From an uncultured Rhodospirillaceae bacterium (GTDB lineage Bacteria; Pseudomonadota; Alphaproteobacteria; UBA7985; JAUIBT01): a stretch of DNA of 33,050 nt. The notes below the pieces were generated by a model, which did not search any database, was not told the origin of the DNA, and saw only the letters and a program-made list of their open reading frames with translations. The stretch is from positions 1 through 33,050 of the forward strand of contig CAZHYF010000003.1 in assembly GCA_964536635.1 (NCBI GenBank), in the 5' to 3' direction. Both the position numbers and the translations under genes were made by a program. Of the stretch, positions 26,713 through 33,050 are shown one piece after another (position 1 is the stretch's first letter; the number at the start of each line of letters is the position of its first letter).

Positions 26713-28059
26713 CTAGTGAAAGGGCTGTCGGGCAAGCCGAGAAGATATCACCGCATAGAGCGGCACCGAGGCCAACAGAACCAGAGCAGGCAGAGCGGTC
26801 ATACCAAAGCGCAGGGCGCCTAGCGCAGCATCCGGTTGCTCAACATAGCCGGCATCGCTGGCCCGAAAGCCGTAGGCTGCCAGCAGCTCGCCAAACAGCA
26901 GCGGCGCCAACGCTCCCGCCACCTTTTGCCCAAACAGCCAGACCGCATTGGCAAGCCCTTCGACCGATTGGCCGGAGGCGGCGTTGGTCTCGGCGATCAG
27001 GTCCGGCACCATGGCCCAAGGGAGCTGCTGATAACAGCCGTTCGTGATACCGACACCCAAAGCCAAGAGCGCCAAGACCAGCGCCGAGCTGACCGGCAAC
27101 TGGCTGAAGAACAGCGCCAGCATGCCTGCATAGACCAAGATGCCCCCCAGATAGACCCGCTGCTTGCCAAAGCCTTTGCTCAGCGTCAACCAGAGCGGTT
27201 GAGATGCCATGGCCCCGACCACAAAAGCAGCGAACAGCAGCGTTTGCGCCCCCGCGATCGGCGCTTGACCGGGCGCCGACGTCAGATAGCGCGCTGCGTG
27301 CGGGATGCCGACCGTAATAAAGAAGATCGCCAGCGTTTGCAGGCCATAAACCCCAACCAGCAAAACGAAGCGCGGATTGCTCAGCACCAGGCCTAACTGG
27401 CGCGCAAATGGTGCTGGCGGCGGCGGCTCTTGGCGCGGCGCTTGCAAGCTGGCAAAGGCTGCGATCCAGATGGTTGCAACCGCCACCGGTGCGAAGACGA
27501 GCATTGCAAGAGCGAAGGCGCTTCTTTGGCCTCCAAAGAGCTCGACCAACGCTGGAAACAGCGCGCCCGCCAACAAAATGCCCGCCGCGGCGCTGGCCAT
27601 ACGGTAAGCGGTGAGACTTGAGCGTTGGTGTGGGTCTGAAGTCAACTCGACCGTCAGGCTGCTGTAAGGGATCACCACCATGGTCCAACCCACCGAGGCG
27701 GCAGCGAAAAACCCGGTCACCCAAAGCGCTGCGGGCAGTCCGCTGAAACCGGCAGGCACCATAAACATCAGCGCCAACAAAATCGCCATGGCCAGGGCGC
27801 CCGCGACCATGAAGGGCGCACGTCGGCCCCAGGGTGAGCGGCTGCGGTCGGACAACCAACCGATCAACGGGTCGGTCAAGATGTCGAACACCAGCACCAG
27901 CGCCGTCAATCGTCCTGCCATCGCCGGATCGACCTGCAAATAGGCGGTCATGAAATCAAAAACCAACAGGCTCTTGACGATGACAAAGATGTTGATGCCC
28001 AGATCGCCGAGGCCGTAACCGGCTTTGACTGTCCAGGCGAGCGGTGTGTTGATGCTCAC
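26713..28059 (-). CDS. Glycoside-pentoside-hexuronide (GPH):cation symporter family MFS transporter
   Basis: GPH signature DPLIGWLSDRSRSPWGRRAPFMV after TM2. 448 aa, ~12 TM segments, GTG start. Confidence 0.85.
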   Translation of the reverse strand: MSINTPLAWTVKAGYGLGDLGINIFVIVKSLLVFDFMTAYLQVDPAMAGRLTALVLVFDILTDPLIGWLSDRSRSPWGRRAPFMVAGALAMAILLALMFMVPAGFSGLPAALWVTGFFAAASVGWTMVVIPYSSLTVELTSDPHQRSSLTAYRMASAAAGILLAGALFPALVELFGGQRSAFALAMLVFAPVAVATIWIAAFASLQAPRQEPPPPAPFARQLGLVLSNPRFVLLVGVYGLQTLAIFFITVGIPHAARYLTSAPGQAPIAGAQTLLFAAFVVGAMASQPLWLTLSKGFGKQRVYLGGILVYAGMLALFFSQLPVSSALVLALLALGVGITNGCYQQLPWAMVPDLIAETNAASGQSVEGLANAVWLFGQKVAGALAPLLFGELLAAYGFRASDAGYVEQPDAALGALRFGMTALPALVLLASVPLYAVISSRLARQPFH

Positions 28060-28087
28060 GGTTTGTACGCGTTCGGGCCTTGAAGAC

Positions 28088-28123
28088 TAGGGCGCGCTGC
28101 CGCTTCCGGCGGTCTGCGCCCTA
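28088..28123 (-). terminator. Candidate terminator / stabilising hairpin after aapP
   Basis: The minus strand reads UAGGGCGC-aga-CCGC-cggaa-GCGG-ca-GCGCCCUA, a long imperfect hairpin 20 nt after the aapP stop. Only a weak U-tract (GUCUUC) follows. Confidence 0.4.
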
Positions 28124-28142
28124 CCCTTCGGCCTCAACTGTT

Positions 28143-28910
28143 CTAGTCGCGCAGGATCTGGCTCAAGAACTCCTTGGTGCGCTCATTCTGCGGACGGTGG
28201 AAGAAGTCTTCAGGATTGTTTTGCTCGACGATTTCACCGGCATCCATGAAGATCACACGGTCGGCCACCTGGCGCGCGAAGCCCATCTCGTGGGTCACCA
28301 CCAACATGGTCATGCCCTCGTTGGCCAGATCAATCATGGTGTCCAACACCTCCTTGATCATCTCAGGGTCCAACGCCGAGGTGGGTTCGTCGAACAACAT
28401 GACCCGCGGGCGCATGCACAAAGAACGCGCAATCGCCACGCGCTGTTGCTGACCGCCCGAAAGCTGACCCGGGAATTTATGCGCCTGCTCGGGAATACGC
28501 ACTTTGCTCAGGTAGTGCATGGCGATCTCTTCGGCTTCCTTTTTGGGCATCTTGCGCACCCAAATCGGCGCCAGCGTGCAGTTCTCCAACACGGTCAGGT
28601 GTGGGAACAGGTTGAACTGCTGGAACACCATGCCGACCTCTTTGCGGATGGCCTCGATGTTCTTCAGGTTGTCGGTGAGCTGGACACCGTCCACAACGAT
28701 GCTGCCTTCCTGGTGCTCTTCCAGAGCGTTGATGCATCGAATCAGGGTCGATTTACCGGAGCCTGATGGGCCGGCAATTACGATTTTCTCCTGGCGTGCA
28801 ACGGACAAGTTGATGTCCTTCAGCACGTGGAAATTACCGTACCACTTGTTCATGCCGGTGATGGTGATGATGGGCTCTTGGTCTTTGAGAGCGGGAGCTT
28901 CTGATGACAT
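28143..28910 (-). CDS. aapP: General L-amino-acid ABC transporter ATP-binding protein (AapP/BztD/GlnQ type)
   Basis: Walker [10 protein letters not shown], signature [13 protein letters not shown], Walker [15 protein letters not shown] 28910 is preceded by AAGGA at 8 nt; the ORF-track start is 28940. Confidence 0.94.
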   Translation of the reverse strand: MSSEAPALKDQEPIITITGMNKWYGNFHVLKDINLSVARQEKIVIAGPSGSGKSTLIRCINALEEHQEGSIVVDGVQLTDNLKNIEAIRKEVGMVFQQFNLFPHLTVLENCTLAPIWVRKMPKKEAEEIAMHYLSKVRIPEQAHKFPGQLSGGQQQRVAIARSLCMRPRVMLFDEPTSALDPEMIKEVLDTMIDLANEGMTMLVVTHEMGFARQVADRVIFMDAGEIVEQNNPEDFFHRPQNERTKEFLSQILRD

Positions 28911-28968
28911 GGGAAAATTCCTTTTGCGTCCTAGGGGCACTGTGAGGTGTTGGCAAAGGCCGACCGCG

Positions 28969-30939
28969 CTAGCGGTCGTGGCCTGTTGCCAAGCGCCGCT
29001 CTAGGTGCTGGGAGTAACGGGACATGAAGAAACACGATAGGAAGAACAACATCGCGATGAAGGCGTAAACCTCCGCTTCAAGCCGCGCCCATTCGAGCGA
29101 CGGCAGCACCGAGCGCGAACCGACGCCAAGGAGATCGAAGATCCCGATGATCGACAGCAGCGTGGTGTCTTTGTAGAGGCCGATGAAGGTGTTCACGATG
29201 CCCGGGATCGAGATCTTCAGGGCCTGTGGCAAGATGATGAAGCGTTGGGTCTGCCAGAAGCTGAGACCCAGAGAGTCCGCACCTTCGGTTTGCCCCTTGC
29301 TGAGGCCTTGCAGACCGCCGCGGATCACCTCGGCCATATAGGCAGAGGCAAAGAGCGACACGCCGACCAGAGCACGCAGCAACTTGTTGATGGTCACGCC
29401 CTCAGGCAAGAACAACGGCAGAAGCACCGATGCCATGAAGAGGATGGTAATCAAAGGCACGCCGCGCACGAATTCAATGAAACCGGTCGAGAAGGTCGAG
29501 ACGATAGGCAGATCCGACCGACGGCCGAGCGCCAAGACGACGCCCAGCGGCAAGGAAACCGCAATGCCGGTCAGGCCCGTAACTGCGGTCGCCAACAGGC
29601 CACCCCAGATGTTATCGACCTCAACATCGCTGAGGCGCAGCGAGCCCAGCAGATTTTGCAGCGCCGACAACTCCGTGCCTGCGGGATCAACCCGCGCGGT
29701 CAAAAAGATGTAGAAGGTCAAGGCACCAAGGATCAGGTAGACCGTATTGGTCACCGGCTTGAAGGTATGAGACGCCGACTGGGTTTTCAGGCTCTGCCAG
29801 AACATCAGCCCCCAGATCGCCAAGACGATCAGTCCGAAGATCCACTCGCCCGGCGTTGACACCAGCGTTAGGGCTTGCGGCAAGGAGAAGCGGATCAGCA
29901 GCCAAATGGCGGCAAATGGGAAGCCGATGAAGAAGATGAGCCCGCGTTTGGCCGTCGGCAAGGACTCATAGAGCAAAGCCAGCACCAGGGGCACGAGGTA
30001 GGTCAATACCAAGCCGAAGCCGCCATAGGCCGTGCCCGACTGGATGGCGTAGCCCATGACCAGAGCCACCGCACCAGCGCTGATGCTGCGGCTCATTTGG
30101 CTGCGCCCCGGCCACAGCAAAGACAGGCCGCCCAACAGCAACAGCAAGCCCGTCAGCGCCACGCGCCAGACCTGCTCGGCAGGATAGAAGCCATAGAGGA
30201 ACTGCTGCCAGCGCCGCTTCACCACGGTCCAGCAGGCACCATTGTGGGCCTCGCCCCAATGGACCATCGCGTCAAAGCCAGAACGCGCAGCCTCAAAGGC
30301 TTGCGGATCTTGCGCTGCAACAGCCGCCTTGAGGGCCTCCACGCCCGCTAGCAGGTCCAGCCCTTCCACAGCTTTGGCCAGGCCGGGGTGTAGCACCGCC
30401 TCGGGGTCCGAGTTGCGCTCGATGAAGTCGATGTCTTTTTGAATGGTTGACAAGATGTCAGAGCGCTGGGTCAAGGCCCGCGACACGTCACGGTTGCCCA
30501 TGATCTCAGCGGTCATGATCTCATCGTAGCTGGGACCAAAGCCGACAGTTGACAGAGCAAATCGGCTCCAATGGGTTTGCTTGTCCACCCAGAACAAACG
30601 CTGGTCTTGGCTCTGGTAAGCCTTGGATAACAGCAGCTTGTCGGCCACCAGTGTCGTGATATCGCGTTGCGACAACAAGCTGGTTCGCTCGGCCAGGTGG
30701 CAGGTTCTGTTGGACGCACCGTGGTTGGTGGCCTTGATCACGCCCCAGGACAGCACATGGCTCAGCAGCGAGAAGATGACCAGCGCCAAGATCGGCGTCG
30801 CCACCCAAGACACGGGCCCTGCAAACAGGTTGCGCTTGATGATGGCAGTCAAGCCAAGCTCATTCACCGGGGCATCGCGCGCAGGCGTGGGCTTGAAGTT
30901 GGCGCCGGTGTTTTCAGTGTTGAGATCCTGATTGGCCAT
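28969..30939 (-). CDS. aapM: Amino-acid ABC transporter permease, AapM/BztC type, unusually long (656 aa)
   Basis: ATG 30939 lies 2 nt after the aapQ stop. The N-terminus [16 protein letters not shown] plus TM1, the NGACWTVV motif, the EAA loop [26 protein letters not shown] and the C-terminus [17 protein letters not shown] are all AapM-like. The 811-aa ORF-track version runs out of frame through aapQ and is not real. Confidence 0.88.
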   Translation of the reverse strand: MANQDLNTENTGANFKPTPARDAPVNELGLTAIIKRNLFAGPVSWVATPILALVIFSLLSHVLSWGVIKATNHGASNRTCHLAERTSLLSQRDITTLVADKLLLSKAYQSQDQRLFWVDKQTHWSRFALSTVGFGPSYDEIMTAEIMGNRDVSRALTQRSDILSTIQKDIDFIERNSDPEAVLHPGLAKAVEGLDLLAGVEALKAAVAAQDPQAFEAARSGFDAMVHWGEAHNGACWTVVKRRWQQFLYGFYPAEQVWRVALTGLLLLLGGLSLLWPGRSQMSRSISAGAVALVMGYAIQSGTAYGGFGLVLTYLVPLVLALLYESLPTAKRGLIFFIGFPFAAIWLLIRFSLPQALTLVSTPGEWIFGLIVLAIWGLMFWQSLKTQSASHTFKPVTNTVYLILGALTFYIFLTARVDPAGTELSALQNLLGSLRLSDVEVDNIWGGLLATAVTGLTGIAVSLPLGVVLALGRRSDLPIVSTFSTGFIEFVRGVPLITILFMASVLLPLFLPEGVTINKLLRALVGVSLFASAYMAEVIRGGLQGLSKGQTEGADSLGLSFWQTQRFIILPQALKISIPGIVNTFIGLYKDTTLLSIIGIFDLLGVGSRSVLPSLEWARLEAEVYAFIAMLFFLSCFFMSRYSQHLERRLATGHDR

Positions 30940-30941
30940 GA

Positions 30942-32192
30942 TCAACGCTCCTTCAGCGCCACAGCGCGGTTGTAGATGTTCATGACCAAGGAGATCAACA
31001 AGCTGAGCGACAGGTAGAAGGCCATGGTCATACCGATGATCTCCACGGCGCGACCAGATTGGTTCAAGATGGTGCCCATAAAGACCGCCACGATCTCCTG
31101 GTAGCCCACCACAATCGCCAGCGAAGAGTTCTTGGTGAGGTTGAGGTACTGGCTGGTCAGCGGCGGGATGATCACCCGCAGCGCCTGAGGGATGATCACC
31201 AGGTTCATCACCAGGCCTGGACGCAAGCCGAGCGACGAGGCCGCCTCGCGCTGGCCCTTGTTGACCGACATGATACCGGCCCGCACGATCTCTGCGATGA
31301 AGGAAGCGGTGTAGAGCGACAGCGCCGTCAACAAAGCCAAGAACTGCGGCAGCAACTTGACACCGCCAGTATAGTTGAAGCCTTTGAGCTGCGGCGTTTC
31401 CCACGACAGCGGTTGCCCAAGTGCGAAGAAGACCGCCAAAGGCAGCGCGACGACCAGCGCAGCGTTAACCCAAAATACAGGCAACTGGTTGCCCGATTTG
31501 GCTTGCACCCTGCGCGCATAGAGCGACCAACCGATTGCAGCAATAATGCCTGCCAGGAAGACAAGCCCGACGGTCGAAGCCCCATCGAGCGGGATGCCCC
31601 GCGGCGCATACAAGCCCCGGTTCGAGGCAACAAACGCGTCGAAGACTGGAATGGCCTCCTTGGGCGACGGCCAAGGCAGGAAGACGATAGCGTTAATCAG
31701 CAAGATCCACAGCAAAAGCGGGACGTTACGGAAAATTTCGACATAGACAGCAGCAACGCGGCTCACCAGCCAGTTGGGCGACAGGCGCATCACGCCGATG
31801 ACGAAGCCCAAAATAGTTGCAAAGAAAATGCCCAGAACAGCGATGTAGATGGTGTTGATCGCTGAACCGACAAAGAACATCCAGATCGGATCGCGCGCAT
31901 CGACGCTCATCAGGTCCAGCGCTACCCAGCCCAGGTTGTCAACACTCCCTGGTTCGGTCAGGAAGTTGCCCTTCGGCAAGATATTGAGTTCGCGCATGTT
32001 GCGAATGGCGTTGCGCGTTATGTAGCCCAGCAGGCCCACAAAGCCCAGCAGCACGAGCAACTGGAATGCGATCGCGCGGAAGCGCTTGTTGCTTAATATG
32101 TCCACGGCTATCCCCATCTGGTTAGCTTGCAGGTTGTCATGCAAACAGTTTTTCATCCGCGCGGCTTTGAGCCCCACGGCTGATATGCGCAC
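30942..32192 (-). CDS. aapQ: Amino-acid ABC transporter permease, AapQ/BztB type
   Basis: FRAIAFQLLVLLGF..., VAAVYVEIFRNVPLLL, EAA loop GQREAASSLGLRPGLVMNLVIIPQAL, and the C-terminus NIYNRAVALKER. The start is uncertain (GTG 32192, ATG 32156 or ATG 32117) and none has a clear SD. Confidence 0.9.
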   Translation of the reverse strand: MRISAVGLKAARMKNCLHDNLQANQMGIAVDILSNKRFRAIAFQLLVLLGFVGLLGYITRNAIRNMRELNILPKGNFLTEPGSVDNLGWVALDLMSVDARDPIWMFFVGSAINTIYIAVLGIFFATILGFVIGVMRLSPNWLVSRVAAVYVEIFRNVPLLLWILLINAIVFLPWPSPKEAIPVFDAFVASNRGLYAPRGIPLDGASTVGLVFLAGIIAAIGWSLYARRVQAKSGNQLPVFWVNAALVVALPLAVFFALGQPLSWETPQLKGFNYTGGVKLLPQFLALLTALSLYTASFIAEIVRAGIMSVNKGQREAASSLGLRPGLVMNLVIIPQALRVIIPPLTSQYLNLTKNSSLAIVVGYQEIVAVFMGTILNQSGRAVEIIGMTMAFYLSLSLLISLVMNIYNRAVALKER

Positions 32193-32656
32193 CGTATTGG
32201 CACATGCTGGCCCAAAAGACCGAGCGTCCGCGCCGCGGGTGTCGCTTAGGCTTCTGCTCTACCGCGCTCGAGCGCAATCTCGCCGCTGCCTTTCAGACCG
32301 AGCTGGCCTGGCACCTAAGTGGATCTGAATGGGCCTGACTGCACCCTGCCCCCCATAGGCCTGCCAAGAACTGGGTCCGGCATGGGCCCTAACGGCTCCG
32401 CCCGGACTGGTATGCGTCCCTCGCGTCGAACTCCCGTTTTCACCTGAGCTGACCCGTTCGGTCGTCACCGTCCCTTTGGCATGGCTTCGCCTCTGCACCG
32501 GATCAACCAGCACTGAGCATCTTGTTGTGCGTTCAACCTGTCATTTGGTCAGGTCTGCAAGGCCTAAGCTCGGCGATTATGCCTGCCGGCCATCTGCGAC
32601 CACCCCAGCCCTGAGCTTCATCCCATCAAGACGAAGGCCTTTGGCTGGCTGATATG

Positions 32657-32682
32657 AAAAGGGGCAGATCGCAACCTGCCCC
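32657..32682 (-). terminator. Rho-independent terminator / attenuator immediately after aapJ
   Basis: The minus strand reads GGGGCAG-guugcgau-CUGCCCC followed by UUUU. It starts 16 nt after the aapJ TAA stop. Confidence 0.75.
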
Positions 32683-32697
32683 TCTTGCATCTCGTTC

Positions 32698-33050
32698 TTA
32701 ACGGAACGGAGGAGCGTACAGGATGCCGCCCTTGGTCCACAGAGCGTTCAGACCGCGGTTCAGGCCAACAGGAGTGTTCGGGCCAACGTTGCGATCAAAG
32801 ATCTCGCCGTAGTTACCAACGGCTGCGATTGCGCGACCGAATGCGTCTGAGTCCAGACCCAAAGAGGCAGCCTTGTCACCTTCAGCACCAACCAGGCGGC
32901 GGACTTCGGGATCGCCAGAGTCACCAGCAGCAGCAACGGCCGCAGCGGTCAGGCCTTTTTCTTCAGCAATAACCAAAGCGTTCAGAGTCCAGCGTACGAT
33001 GTCACCCCAAACGTTGTCGCCGTGGCGAACAACCGGGCCCAGAGGCTCCT
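32698..33050 (-). CDS. aapJ: Amino-acid ABC transporter periplasmic substrate-binding protein (AapJ/BztA type), C-terminal part only (5' end outside window)
   Basis: The reading frame is open to the window edge: EPLGPVVRHGDNVWGDIVRWTLNALVIAEEKG...LWTKGGILYAPPFR*. The C-terminal ...YAPP(I/F)R is typical of AapJ-like binding proteins. Confidence 0.85.
   Translation of the reverse strand, partial: EPLGPVVRHGDNVWGDIVRWTLNALVIAEEKGLTAAAVAAAGDSGDPEVRRLVGAEGDKAASLGLDSDAFGRAIAAVGNYGEIFDRNVGPNTPVGLNRGLNALWTKGGILYAPPFR

Noticed and set aside
28969-31404. 811-aa ORF suggesting a giant permease or fusion protein
   Set aside because: The first 155 codons overlap aapQ in another frame and are Arg/Gly/Pro/His-rich shadow sequence. 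A proper ATG at 30939 sits 2 nt after the aapQ stop, and from there the protein matches the AapM N-terminus.
32197-32212. TGGCAC-N5-GG.. sigma54-like string near the aapQ start
   Set aside because: It is on the plus strand, antisense to the operon. The -12 GC is one nucleotide out of register, and the TTGC element is absent.
32307-32408. RNase P RNA-like strings on the minus strand of the aapJ-aapQ spacer (AGUCCGGGC, GGCAGGGUGC, AGGUGCCAGG, plus a GGUGAAAA string further upstream on that strand at 32435..32442)
   Set aside because: Spacing and order do not fit the bacterial type-A RNase P core. About 50 nt lie between AGUCCGGGC and GGCAGGGUGC where about 10 are expected. The GGUGAAA element is on the wrong side. 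No ACAGAAxCCGGCUUA P4 3' strand is present. These are probably chance GC-rich matches; cmscan would settle it.
32420-32545. tRNA-like T-loop strings (GUCGAACUCCC, GCGUUCAACCUG) in the aap spacer
   Set aside because: No acceptor, D or anticodon arms can be built around them, and they deviate from GGUUCGAAUCC. There is no tRNA anywhere in the window by eye.
1-33050. Window-wide search for CRISPR repeats, IS/transposase or integrase genes, long direct or inverted repeats, and defence-type genes (nucleases, reverse transcriptases, STAND/AAA ATPases, toxin-antitoxin pairs)
   Set aside because: None were found by eye. The intergenic hairpins (5623, 8989, 17065, 28088, 32661) share no common repeat sequence, and every sizeable ORF is accounted for by a housekeeping or transport family.

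Overview
This window looks like an ordinary core-chromosome segment from a GC-rich (by eye, not computed) alphaproteobacterium-type genome. The taxon call rests on synteny: bamE / Cbp3-like chaperone / yceD / plsX / ihfA / merR, then nrdR-ribD-ribE-ribH-nusB-thiL, and an aapJQMP (bztABCD)-type amino-acid ABC operon. I can support 34 protein-coding genes, one of them truncated by the window edge. Nearly all belong to well-known housekeeping or transport families: L,D-transpeptidase, SelO, flavin reductase, tdk, yaaA, a beta-barrel OMP, TauE, MFS and GPH transporters, rpsD, a TrmJ-like methyltransferase, cimA, ppa, and kefG-kefB. I found no rRNA, tRNA, CRISPR array, transposase, integrase, phage gene or recognisable defence gene. 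I do not see a convincing novel multi-gene system, so all findings below are scored modestly. The least ordinary observations are: (1) an AapM-type permease of 656 aa, with a ~140-aa hydrophilic insertion between two conserved loop cysteines plus extra hydrophobic segments. (2) A ~505-nt non-coding, structure-rich spacer between aapJ and aapQ, behind a canonical terminator hairpin. (3) An ACT-domain gene translationally coupled (GTGA overlap) to the end of kefG-kefB. (4) A ~280-nt untranslated stretch downstream of the OMP gene that ends in a strong minus-strand terminator, which could be a long 3'UTR or an sRNA. (5) A secreted HExxH protein with no family I can name. The many long ORFs antisense to or overlapping real genes are typical high-GC shadow ORFs and were rejected. 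Several start codons were refined from the ORF track using RBS position and conserved family N-termini; those refinements are inferences.
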